This document shows positions 1 through 7,848 of a stretch of DNA of 63,879 nt, in pieces. The stretch's first letter is position 1, and every line of letters starts with the position of its first letter. The notes beneath the pieces were generated by a model. That model made no database searches, had not been told where the DNA came from, and worked only from the letters and a program-made list of their open reading frames with translations. A program made the translations under genes and the position numbers. The stretch is from Candidatus Micrarchaeota archaeon (GTDB taxonomy: Archaea; Micrarchaeota; Micrarchaeia; Micrarchaeales; Micrarchaeaceae): NCBI GenBank assembly GCA_021791775.1, contig JAJYVY010000001.1, positions 1 to 63,879 of the forward strand, given 5' to 3'.

Positions 1-86
1 GTTGATGTTGTAGTCGAAGTTGAGGTTGTTGTTGAAATTGAGGTTGTTGATGTTGAGGTAGAGGTGACGGATGTTGACGTGGAGAC
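1..86 (-). repeat. Low-complexity Ser/Thr-coding repeat inside the pilin-like gene
   Basis: The plus strand reads gttgatgttgtagtcgaagttgaggttgttgttgaaattgaggttgttgatgttgagg. The reverse translation is a continuous S/T run in frame with the CDS starting at 899. Confidence 0.7.
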
Positions 87-899
87 CTGCACAACAAATG
101 TTATTGTGTATCCTGCGCTTGTTTTGTTTAGCGCCGTGGCTAATATTGTAGCGTTTGTGGGTTGCGAGGCTTTGACAGTTGATATTGCAGTGCCATTGGC
201 TGCCGTAGTAGCAAATTGGGGGCTTATAACCACGTTTGCCGATGAGGTAGTAAAGTTGACCACTGCGCCTTTTAAGGGGTGGCCGCCGAGCTCTACGCTG
301 CCATAAAGATAAACCGTTTGGCCTACCGGGACATCCGCCCCGCTGCTGCTGCCTGATAGCGTCACTGTTACAATAGTGTTTGTTGATTGCTGCGCGGGGC
401 CTACGAAACTGCCCACGTAGGTTTCATTTTGATAGGTTGGGCATTGGGATGAGCTGTAATTCAGGGAGAATGCGCAATTTGATGCTTTTACGTATACCTT
501 CCCGGAAATAACGTTGTTTATCTTGATGAACTGCCTTATGGGTATTATGCAGAGTATGTCTCCTCCTGGCGCTACGAAAGTTGGGGAGCACGGCGAGGCG
601 ATTGTATTCGTTCCGCTGATGTTTACGAACGCCGATGGGCTTTTTACCGGATACTGCTGGGAGTTGGCAAGGAGAAGCACTATGCTTGTTGCCTTTGAGG
701 TGAGATTTGTATTGACCATGACGTCCCTGCAGGTTATCGGCGCGACTGTGCTGCACGATGCTGGCACGATTGTAGAGGGGACGATTATGAAAAGGTAGAG
801 AAATGACATAGCTATGGCTATGATGAGTATTGCCCAGCCGTATGTGGTGAGAAAGTCGATTGCTGATTGGGCCACTTTAGGCCTGTTGACATGGCTCAT
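1..899 (-). CDS. Partial (3' end off the left edge) secreted surface protein with an archaeal class III (type IV pilin-like) signal peptide and a Ser/Thr-rich C-terminal region
   Basis: Not in the ORF track because it is edge-truncated. I translated the minus strand from the ATG at 899-897 and found no stop to position 1. The N-terminus is MSHVNRPKVAQSAIDFLTTYGWAILIIAIAMSFLYLFI, a basic stretch followed by A|QSAIDFL and a hydrophobic helix, typical of prepilin-peptidase substrates. It continues into Cys-containing, beta-rich sequence and then TSTSVTSTSTSTTSISTTTSTSTTTST. Confidence 0.75.
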   Translation of the reverse strand, partial: MSHVNRPKVAQSAIDFLTTYGWAILIIAIAMSFLYLFIIVPSTIVPASCSTVAPITCRDVMVNTNLTSKATSIVLLLANSQQYPVKSPSAFVNISGTNTIASPCSPTFVAPGGDILCIIPIRQFIKINNVISGKVYVKASNCAFSLNYSSSQCPTYQNETYVGSFVGPAQQSTNTIVTVTLSGSSSGADVPVGQTVYLYGSVELGGHPLKGAVVNFTTSSANVVISPQFATTAANGTAISTVKASQPTNATILATALNKTSAGYTITFVVQVSTSTSVTSTSTSTTSISTTTSTSTTTS

Positions 900-983
900 C
901 ATGGAGGAGTGATCGGGCAAGGCGCTACCACCTATCAACTACTAAAAAGATATCGGTATAATAGTATTTAAATTGGTGCGCGT

Positions 984-1853
984 TTGTCTAAAATATGGGC
1001 ACTTTTCAGGCTCACAAGGATAGAGCATAGCGCTATGCTTGTCATTGCGGTTATTGCCGCTGAGCTGATAAGCGGGCCTCTTCCGTCGTTTCCCATACTT
1101 CTTTTGAGCCTTATAACCCCGATATTCGTGAGCATGGGCTCTTTTGCGATAAATGACTATTTCGATGTCGAATCTGACAAATCGAACAAGAGATTCGACA
1201 GGCCGCTTGTCAACGGCGAGCTCTCCATGCGCTCCGCCCTTTCCATCTCGATAATCTCGTTTGTCATCGGGGTGGGCGCCGGCGCTTTCATAAATGCGTA
1301 TGCTTTCGCCATTGCATTGATATTCGGGGCGCTTGCCTTCCTTTACAGTTACAGGCTGAAGGATATGCTACTTCTCGGCAATATCTATATAGCATTGTCC
1401 ATGGCGATTCCGTTCCTCTACGGCGACTTCGTAGTTTCGAGTATGCTGTCGAAAGGCATAGCGGTGGTGTTCTTCATAGTCTTCCTGAGCGGCCTTGCGC
1501 GGGAGATACACGGCATGATACGGGACTACAGGGGCGATGCAAAAGCAAGGAGGACAAGGAACCTCGTACATCGCATTGGCAGCTTGAGGTCAGCGCAGCT
1601 TGCATTCCTTCTTTATGCAGAGGCCATACTCATAAGCATATTCGCTTTCTTTTTTATAGCCCCTTTTATGTTTAACCTTTCCTACATCCTGCCCATAGGA
1701 ATAGCTGACGCCATGCTGGCATACGTAGCCATACTCGCGCTTTTCAGAGGCAGCCATTCATTCTACAAATCTGCAAGGAACATAAGCCTCCTTGCCATGG
1801 GCGTAGCTCTTCTAGGCTATCTTGTATCTCCGCTGCTCCACTTTATAGTATGA
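984..1853 (+). CDS. UbiA-family prenyltransferase, probable (S)-2,3-di-O-geranylgeranylglyceryl phosphate (DGGGP) synthase
   Basis: 289 aa and polytopic. It has the NDYFDVESDKSNKRFDRPL Asp-rich UbiA motif and an N-terminus (LFRLTRIEHSAMLVIAV) typical of archaeal DGGGP synthases. It uses a TTG start with AT-rich TATA-like sequence 20-30 nt upstream. Confidence 0.8.
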   Translation: MSKIWALFRLTRIEHSAMLVIAVIAAELISGPLPSFPILLLSLITPIFVSMGSFAINDYFDVESDKSNKRFDRPLVNGELSMRSALSISIISFVIGVGAGAFINAYAFAIALIFGALAFLYSYRLKDMLLLGNIYIALSMAIPFLYGDFVVSSMLSKGIAVVFFIVFLSGLAREIHGMIRDYRGDAKARRTRNLVHRIGSLRSAQLAFLLYAEAILISIFAFFFIAPFMFNLSYILPIGIADAMLAYVAILALFRGSHSFYKSARNISLLAMGVALLGYLVSPLLHFIV

Positions 1854-2498
1854 TCAGATGCCGGCTTCCTGCTTCATCGGCTTCGACTCCAGCTTGGCTT
1901 CGAAGTCGTCCATCTTGTGCGTGAACTCGTCGTTCGTCTTTATCGACCCCCTCGCTTTCAGCACCTCTCTAGACAACAAGTAGTATATGAATGCCAGCGA
2001 TTTTCTCCCCCTGTTGTTCGACGGCACTATGAAATCTATGAATTTTGTAGAATTGTCGGTGTCGCTGAGCGCAACTATGGGCATGTTGACCTTGCTTGCC
2101 TCGTTGACCGCCTGCTTCTCGTTCCTGGAATCGCTTATGAGTATCAGCTTCGGTTCCGTAAAATCGTCCCTGTTCGGGTTCGTGAATATCCCTGGAGTTA
2201 CCCTTCCCTTTATGAATTTGGCGCCTATTATCTCGGCGAATTTCTCAGCAGGCACTATGGCATAGATTCTTGACGCTGTCACCACCACCTCCTTCGGATC
2301 ATATCTAGCGACCATCGCCGCCGCGATCCTTATCCTGTTGTCTATGGTATTGAGGTCTAGAAGATAAAGTCCGTCTTCCCTTACCTTGTACACGAACCTC
2401 TTCATGCCTGGGCTCCTGGTCTTCGTGGCTATGTGGATGCCTGTCTCTAGATAGTTGTTCTGCTCTGTCAGCAATTCTTCCTGTTTTTCTTCCTCCAT
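1854..2498 (-). CDS. rps2: 30S ribosomal protein uS2
   Basis: 214 aa with typical archaeal S2 sequence (GIHIATKTRSPGMKRFVYKVREDGLYLLDL ... PIVALSDTDN). Confidence 0.95.
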   Translation of the reverse strand: MEEEKQEELLTEQNNYLETGIHIATKTRSPGMKRFVYKVREDGLYLLDLNTIDNRIRIAAAMVARYDPKEVVVTASRIYAIVPAEKFAEIIGAKFIKGRVTPGIFTNPNRDDFTEPKLILISDSRNEKQAVNEASKVNMPIVALSDTDNSTKFIDFIVPSNNRGRKSLAFIYYLLSREVLKARGSIKTNDEFTHKMDDFEAKLESKPMKQEAGI

Positions 2499-2509
2499 AA
2501 CATCACATT

Positions 2510-2597
2510 TGGGGCCGCCGAGATTTTCAGCCTTCGCTTTTGAACTCGGGTCGCTACCACCCCAAGGTAGAAGCCTACCAAGCTAGCAGACGGCCCC
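2510..2597 (-). tRNA. tRNA-Pro (anticodon GGG) with a 15-nt insertion in the T-loop (putative non-canonical intron)
   Basis: Minus-strand sequence: GGGGCCG TC TGCT AGCTTGGTA GGCT T CTACC TTGGGGT GGTAG CGAC CCGAG [TTCAAAAGCGAAGGCTGAAAAT] CTCGG CGGCCCC A. The acceptor stem is 7/7, with 5-bp anticodon and T stems. U33, G37, A14 and G18G19 are present. The T-loop is 22 nt instead of 7. The D stem has a U10-U25 mismatch. An AT-rich TATA-like box lies 25-32 nt upstream. Confidence 0.6.
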
Positions 2598-2621
2598 TGG
2601 CTTATCTTTTTGCATTGTTCC

Positions 2622-2629
2622 TTTTATTA
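2622..2629 (-). promoter_or_regulatory. TATA-like box upstream of tRNA-Pro
   Basis: The minus strand reads AATAAAAG about 25-32 nt upstream of the predicted tRNA 5' end at 2597. Confidence 0.35.
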
Positions 2630-2672
2630 CTTGCTTATGGATGACCCGCCCATAAATGGTGCGGGCTTCCCT

Positions 2673-2873
2673 TCATTTCTTCCCTATCTTTATGAATTCG
2701 TCTATAAGTTCGACGTTGCTTATGAGCATCCTTCTGCAGCAGTACCTCTTTATCCCAAGATCGTCTAGCACGGCTGCAGCATCTTCGTGCTCCTTGTTTA
2801 CCCTCCTGTCGTACTCGTCCCACTTGTCGGCTATAACTGCGCCGCAGCTGAAACATCTCACTGGAATCATCAT
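2673..2873 (-). CDS. rpoN: DNA-directed RNA polymerase subunit N (Rpo10)
   Basis: 66 aa: [25 protein letters not shown] ... [17 protein letters not shown], a canonical RpoN zinc-binding sequence. Confidence 0.95.
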   Translation of the reverse strand: MMIPVRCFSCGAVIADKWDEYDRRVNKEHEDAAAVLDDLGIKRYCCRRMLISNVELIDEFIKIGKK

Positions 2874-2891
2874 GTTATCATCTAATCGTAA

Positions 2892-3419
2892 TCATCTATA
2901 TGACGTCTGGAACCTTGCCCTTGCCTTCGGCCCGAGGAACTTCTTCGGTTCCACCCTCCTGTAATCATCAACAAGAAGATTCCTGTCGAATCTCATGTAC
3001 TCCTTTCTTATGGTGTCGGTATCGGAGAACTCTGCGATTGCCTTTGCGATGGCACTTCTTATCGCCTGCGCCTGGGCGCTTCTCCCTCCACCCCTTATGT
3101 TTATGGATATGTCAAGCTTTGCAGCCATGCTTTTTGTTATGTTGGATAGGTTCATGGGCTCGCGCATTATCCCTCTATAGATATCCTGCTCTATCGCATT
3201 TATATCTATGCCGTTCACCCTCACTCTCCCGCTGCCGAGCTTTGCTGACGCCCTTGCTATCGCCTCCTTCCTCTTGCTTCTGACCATCACAACTCTTTCG
3301 AGTTTCTTTGAGCTTCTTCTTTTAGGCTTGGCGACCCTGCTGCGGATTTTTTTCGCTTCTTCCTGCGGCTGGGTTGCCGCTCCTTCCTCCACTGCTATGG
3401 TATGCTGCACCTCTTCCAT
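2892..3419 (-). CDS. rps9: 30S ribosomal protein uS9 with a ~44-aa N-terminal charged extension
   Basis: The core runs MVRSKRKEAIARASAKLGSGRVRVNG ... KARARFQTSYR. The ORF starts 4 nt after the L13 stop. An internal Met45 would give a normal-size S9. Confidence 0.92.
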   Translation of the reverse strand: MEEVQHTIAVEEGAATQPQEEAKKIRSRVAKPKRRSSKKLERVVMVRSKRKEAIARASAKLGSGRVRVNGIDINAIEQDIYRGIMREPMNLSNITKSMAAKLDISINIRGGGRSAQAQAIRSAIAKAIAEFSDTDTIRKEYMRFDRNLLVDDYRRVEPKKFLGPKARARFQTSYR

Positions 3420-3423
3420 AATA

Positions 3424-3867
3424 TCATCTGGTATAACCCAGCATGCTAGATAATTCCTTTATTGTCATATGATTTACATACATGCCTTTCGGGTCCTTTG
3501 ATTCTATTTCTATAGGCTTCTTGCCAGAAAGTTCTGCCGGAACTCCTATATAAACCTTGAGCTTCCTATATGCTGATTTCCCCCTCGGCATCCTGTATGG
3601 GAGCATGCCTCTTATTATTCTCTTTACCAGCAAATCCGGCCTTCTCGACCAGTATGGCGAGTGCTCGGGGTTCGCCTTCTCCTTGAGGTTGACCCTTGTC
3701 TTGTACCTTTGTATTATGTCCTTCCTGTTTCCGCTTATTATGGCGTGTTCAGAGTTTATTACAGATACTTCGTTTCCCATCAAGAGGCTCTTTGCCACTT
3801 GGCTCGCCAGCCTGCCCAGTATCTTCCCCTTCGCATCATATACCATTTGGGCTTGCTGCTGCTCCAT
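3424..3867 (-). CDS. rpl13: 50S ribosomal protein uL13
   Basis: 147 aa: DAKGKILGRLASQVAKSLLMGNEVSVINSEHAIISG ... typical L13. Confidence 0.95.
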   Translation of the reverse strand: MEQQQAQMVYDAKGKILGRLASQVAKSLLMGNEVSVINSEHAIISGNRKDIIQRYKTRVNLKEKANPEHSPYWSRRPDLLVKRIIRGMLPYRMPRGKSAYRKLKVYIGVPAELSGKKPIEIESKDPKGMYVNHMTIKELSSMLGYTR

Positions 3868-3871
3868 CTTA

Positions 3872-4219
3872 TCACACTATTATGCTTATGTTTTTTTGGC
3901 TTGACATGCTTTTCAGGTCTAGCATGCTGCATCCTGATTCCGAAAGCCGCTTCGCGGCTCCTTTTGAGTACTCCAGCGCGGCTATTCTTATCTTGTGGTC
4001 CATCTTTCCTGCCGACAATACCTTACCTGGCACTATAACATTGCTGCCCTCTTTTGTGTGCTTATTTATTTTGTAGATATTGACTGCAGTCCTGCTTCTC
4101 GCCGGCACGGCCACGAGCTCTGCTACTCTGCCCCATATCTTAGCCTTGCCTCCCCCGCTTGCGCTGCTTGCAAAGCTCAGCCATTCCTTGACTTCTGGCT
4201 TTTCTGCATTGATTTTCAT
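3872..4219 (-). CDS. rpl18e: 50S ribosomal protein eL18 (L18e)
   Basis: The sequence IWGRVAELVAVPARSRTAVNIYKINKHTKEGSNVIVPGKVLSAGKMDHKIRIAALEYS is typical L18e. I moved the start to Met38 of track ORF 3872..4330 because the upstream 37 codons are a tRNA gene. Confidence 0.9.
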   Translation of the reverse strand: MKINAEKPEVKEWLSFASSASGGGKAKIWGRVAELVAVPARSRTAVNIYKINKHTKEGSNVIVPGKVLSAGKMDHKIRIAALEYSKGAAKRLSESGCSMLDLKSMSSQKNISIIV

Positions 4220-4230
4220 GGCATCACTTA

Positions 4231-4336
4231 TGCGGGGGGAGAGATTTGAACTCTCGCAGTCACTAAAGACACAGGAGTTCCGAGCGCTTTTGCACACCTC
4301 AGTCCTGCGCATTTGGCCATGCTCTGCCACCCCCGC
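4231..4336 (-). tRNA. tRNA-Leu (anticodon GAG) with a ~19-nt canonical intron after position 37
   Basis: Minus-strand sequence: GCGGGGG TG GCA GAGCATGGCCAAA TGC G CAGGA CTGAGG [TGTGCAAAAGCGCTCGGAA] C TCCTG TGTCTTTAGTGACTGC GAGAG TTCAAAT CTCTC CCCCCGC A. It has a class II long variable arm, a 7-bp acceptor and a canonical T-loop. It sits 1 nt downstream of the rpoD stop. Confidence 0.85.
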
Positions 4337-4337
4337 A

Positions 4338-4937
4338 TCATAGTTTCTTGGCTTTGGCCAAAAGAGAATCTGCTTGCTCCTCTATAGCATCTAAAGCCTT
4401 ATTAATTATCTGCTTGGGCGGCATCTGGCCAAACGATTCTACATAAAATTCAAATGTATCGTCTCCTTTTTGCTCGTAAGTAACAAGGCCGGGCTGGAAC
4501 TTTGCGTGGGTCGACCCCACTCCCATCCTTGCCTTGCCGTCTAGCCTTATCCTCTGCCCTTCGGCTAGCTTTATCAGGGGTATGGCATCGTTCGCCGCCT
4601 TGACCTCCTTGTCGGCAGACTTCAGTTCTTTGGAGTAGACGGTCTTCGGGCCCTCCGCCTCCAACGTGAACACCACTTCGTCCTTTTCCGAGTATCCTCT
4701 TGAGGGCGTAGTTATCGGTACAAGACCTATCCTGTGCGCGATATACTCGTCGAACATGGCGCTAGAGTTTTCGTAAAAAGTGACAGCATCTATCGCAAAT
4801 GTGGGTACGCTCCCAGTCGCTGCCCTCCTGACCGCATTTGCATATGCGTTCGTTGCCTCCTTTAGGACGAATTTCATAGTGTTGCGATTATCATCTAGCA
4901 TTTCCATTTTCATGTTCTCACTAAGAAGCAGCGACAA
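4338..4937 (-). CDS. rpoD: DNA-directed RNA polymerase subunit D (Rpo3), short Cys-free form
   Basis: 199 aa: NAYANAVRRAATGSVPTFAIDAVTFYENSSAMFDEYIAHRIGLVPI. It has no cysteine, so there are no Fe-S cluster ligands. The start is TTG at 4937, with alternative ATGs at 4913 and 4907. Confidence 0.9.
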   Translation of the reverse strand: MSLLLSENMKMEMLDDNRNTMKFVLKEATNAYANAVRRAATGSVPTFAIDAVTFYENSSAMFDEYIAHRIGLVPITTPSRGYSEKDEVVFTLEAEGPKTVYSKELKSADKEVKAANDAIPLIKLAEGQRIRLDGKARMGVGSTHAKFQPGLVTYEQKGDDTFEFYVESFGQMPPKQIINKALDAIEEQADSLLAKAKKL

Positions 4938-4979
4938 TAAATAACTATCAGAATTATGTAGAATAATATTTATAAAGCC

Positions 4980-5612
4980 ATGCCCAGTATGTTTATCTTG
5001 CTTGGTGGTTTCTTGACGTTTGAAGACATGCTAATGGAGGACATGCAAGGCGCTAAGTTCAACTTGAACGAGTATGCCCGCAGCTTCAAGAAAAGGCCGC
5101 ACGTGTCGAAGAGCAAGATTGATGCATATGACAATGCGGTATACCTGAAGATAGGGCAGTGGTGGGCCCAGAAGGACTATGATGGCATGAAAAAAAGATA
5201 CGTGGCTGCCACCGGGCTGACATATGACATGTTTTTGAGCATCTACGATGTTAATTCGAGGAGCATGTTGGCGGCGAGAACAGTAGATTTTGAAGAGCGG
5301 TTGAAAGAGGTGATAAAGGATTTTACGCGCGGACTTAAGAGGCCAAACCTGGAATTCAGGTTTATAGGGATGCAGAACGGGGAGGATCCGGTGGCGGTGC
5401 GCACCGTAGTTGAATTTGTGCGTTCGTTGAGGATTCCGGTATTCGAGGTTGACCTCTTCGGCAACCTGACCAGGCACATAGCGGTTGACGCCTACAGCGG
5501 GATGAGCTTCAATGTGCTGTTGGAGGACAGAATTTACAAACCTGGAGAGCTGGTAAACAGCATGACGAAAGAGCAGTTTGAGAGGGCGGTCAGGCCTCAA
5601 GCCTCTTTGTAA
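4980..5612 (+). CDS. Hypothetical protein (no family recognised)
   Basis: 210 aa with protein-like composition. The antisense ORF 5031..5618 is R/H/P-rich and looks spurious. An alternative start is at 5028 (MLMEDMQG). Confidence 0.55.
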   Translation: MPSMFILLGGFLTFEDMLMEDMQGAKFNLNEYARSFKKRPHVSKSKIDAYDNAVYLKIGQWWAQKDYDGMKKRYVAATGLTYDMFLSIYDVNSRSMLAARTVDFEERLKEVIKDFTRGLKRPNLEFRFIGMQNGEDPVAVRTVVEFVRSLRIPVFEVDLFGNLTRHIAVDAYSGMSFNVLLEDRIYKPGELVNSMTKEQFERAVRPQASL

Positions 5613-6156
5613 ATACATCGTAGTGCTCAGGCCCGTCCCCAGACAGTACGCTTCTTTTCAGTTTTATCTCAGAGCATTGGAAGCTGCCAATCTCGTCGTT
5701 GAGATGCGAGTCAATGAACGCGGAAACCTTGCCGAGGTTTTGCGGCCCTTTCACCCTGGCAATAGTGATGTGCGGCTGGAATGCGCCGTGTTCTCTATAG
5801 AGTTTTATGCCGCTGTTCCTCAAGCCCTCAACTATATTCCTGCGCATGCCGGAAAGTTCATTCGCCCCCCTGTCCAGCCCGGCAAATATGACGCGCGGCC
5901 TCTCTCTTGTTATCGCAGATACCCCTTTTACCGATATCTCAAATGGCTTGCAGCTCACAGCAGACAGAGCCTCTGTGATTTTTGCGGTATCGCTTTCCTT
6001 TACGCTGCCGATAAATACCATAGTTATGTGCATCTGCCGCTCCTGCACGGTCCTTATCCCTTCCATGTCTATCTGGTCGGCCAGCCCCCCTATCCTATTT
6101 TTTATCCCTTCTGGCAGGTCTACGGCTATGAAGGCCCTGTATGTTTCTTCTCGCAA
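5590..6156 (-). CDS. RNA 2',3'-cyclic phosphodiesterase / 2'-5' RNA ligase family (2H phosphoesterase, ThpR/LigT)
   Basis: 188 aa with two HxT/S motifs at the expected spacing: HITMVFIG and PHITIARV. Confidence 0.85.
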   Translation of the reverse strand: MREETYRAFIAVDLPEGIKNRIGGLADQIDMEGIRTVQERQMHITMVFIGSVKESDTAKITEALSAVSCKPFEISVKGVSAITRERPRVIFAGLDRGANELSGMRRNIVEGLRNSGIKLYREHGAFQPHITIARVKGPQNLGKVSAFIDSHLNDEIGSFQCSEIKLKRSVLSGDGPEHYDVFTKRLEA

Positions 6157-6171
6157 GCACCCACCAAACTC

Positions 6172-7767
6172 TTAGCGCGCCCTTACAAAGATCGCCGAGT
6201 ACCCCAGAAGGCGGCCAAAAAGCGCACTTACTACAGGTATCCTTCTCGTCATTCTTTCCAGTATGGATATGTCCCTTCTGGTCAGCCCTTTAAGGACGCC
6301 AAGCATTATCGGGTAGACTATTATCACCTCTATAGCCCCGGCTATCAGGAGCGCTATGTAATCCCCACCGAATAGAGGCATTAGAGGGACAATGAGCAGC
6401 ATTGTTATGGCGTTGGCGCCAAGTATCCTGTAGAGCTTGCCGGAATCGAAGCCGAGTTTGTAGAGTTTTGCGCTCTTGACTATGAAGAGGATGTTGGTGA
6501 CTATCGGGGTTATCGCATAAAGAAGCAGCACCAGCCCCAGCCCCTTGAAAAGCGGCACTATTATCGGAAGCAGGATAAGCTGCATGACAGATATCACGGC
6601 GTTGTAGAGCATGTAGTCCTTTAGTCTCTTCGCGCTTATGAAAAGGGTGCTAGCATACGTCCCGGCCAGACCAACAAGAGTCCCAACGGCCATTATGGCT
6701 ATGTACAATGGCGCTAATGTGTAAACGCCGCTGAATGCGACATAAGAAAACGGCTTTGCTAGCACGGCTATGAACAGCAGGATCGGAGCGAGGAGGAGCA
6801 CTGCATAGTAGATAGTGTAATTGAACATCTTGGTTATCTTCTTGCTTATCTTCCTGCTGGCGAGCGTAGCGGAGTAGTTTGCGAGCAGCGACACGCTTAT
6901 CGACCCTGATATTACGTCTATCAGGGAGTTCACCCTGGACGCTACTCCGAAGTTGCCGACGACTACCGCTGTTGCAAATGCCCCCAACACGATAAGCGAG
7001 ATATTGCTTGACAGCGATTGCAGCGCTCCTGATGCGGCTATAGGCAATGAGAAGCTGAATATCTTTTTTATGGATTTTAATGAAGGCTTTACAAACATTC
7101 TGAGGTGGTTCTTGATGTATATCAGATAAACAGAGTAGAGGAATCCGGCAGAGGTGCCGATTATCAGCCCGATTATAGGGCCTGCCGGCCCCATGCCCAG
7201 CAGAACCAGCACTACTGCGAATACCGCCTGCAGGACCGCCTGGGTGGTGGTTATTGCCGCGATGTGCTTCCCTTTGTTGAACCCCAGGAGGGCGGAGTAC
7301 GATGCACCGAATAGCATAGAGCTGAGTATCGATATGGATGCCAGCTCTATGAATACAGTATAGGAGGGATTGTGGAAAACCGCCGACGCTATGAACCCGC
7401 TCATCATGAACGATATCGCAGAGAATATTATGCCTGCAACTATTGTGACGAAGAACGAGTTGGCAAGCAGGTCCTCTATGGCGTGTTTGTCCTTATTGTA
7501 TATGTGCTCTGGTATGAACTTGTTCAAAGCCGTGCTTATGCCGAGATTGCTCAAAGAGCCAAATACCCCTGATACTGCCAGCGCCAGAGTGTATATGCCG
7601 TAGCCTGTCGGGCCCAGCAGCCTCGCAAGAGCGATAAACGCCAATCCTAGGAAGATTATTGAAGCGAGCTTACCTATGAGCACGAAGCTGGCCATGCTTG
7701 CCGTCTGTGCGCCTATGGCGCTTGCCTCTGACTCTACAGTGTCAGATATTTCTGAATTATACGCCAT
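6172..7767 (-). CDS. Polysaccharide/oligosaccharide flippase (MOP/Wzx-like membrane protein)
   Basis: 531 aa with about 12-14 hydrophobic helices and the overall look of the polysaccharide biosynthesis protein family. Confidence 0.75.
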   Translation of the reverse strand: MAYNSEISDTVESEASAIGAQTASMASFVLIGKLASIIFLGLAFIALARLLGPTGYGIYTLALAVSGVFGSLSNLGISTALNKFIPEHIYNKDKHAIEDLLANSFFVTIVAGIIFSAISFMMSGFIASAVFHNPSYTVFIELASISILSSMLFGASYSALLGFNKGKHIAAITTTQAVLQAVFAVVLVLLGMGPAGPIIGLIIGTSAGFLYSVYLIYIKNHLRMFVKPSLKSIKKIFSFSLPIAASGALQSLSSNISLIVLGAFATAVVVGNFGVASRVNSLIDVISGSISVSLLANYSATLASRKISKKITKMFNYTIYYAVLLLAPILLFIAVLAKPFSYVAFSGVYTLAPLYIAIMAVGTLVGLAGTYASTLFISAKRLKDYMLYNAVISVMQLILLPIIVPLFKGLGLVLLLYAITPIVTNILFIVKSAKLYKLGFDSGKLYRILGANAITMLLIVPLMPLFGGDYIALLIAGAIEVIIVYPIMLGVLKGLTRRDISILERMTRRIPVVSALFGRLLGYSAIFVRAR

Positions 7768-7848
7768 AGCGAACCATCCCGGTCCTTCGACTGCAGTGCC
7801 GATATTGTATGCCGCAAATCATAATATAGATGAAGGTTTTTATGTTGA

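Noticed and set aside
1-110. Repetitive gttga/ggttg-type sequence at the left edge (CRISPR or satellite?)
   Set aside because: The units are irregular. They are in frame with the pilin-like CDS and encode a Ser/Thr-rich linker. There is no repeat-spacer periodicity.
4220-4330. The first 37 codons of track ORF 3872..4330 (an apparent N-terminal extension of L18e)
   Set aside because: The sequence is the tRNA-Leu(GAG) gene. L18e homology starts at Met38 (4219).
5031-5618. 195-aa minus-strand ORF antisense to the hypothetical gene 4980..5612
   Set aside because: Its R/H/P/Q-rich composition is typical of an antisense frame. The plus-strand product has normal composition and plausible promoter spacing.
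5578-6375. 265-aa plus-strand ORF
   Set aside because: It is antisense to two well-supported genes (the 2H phosphoesterase and the flippase). It is Y/P/R-rich and has no motifs.
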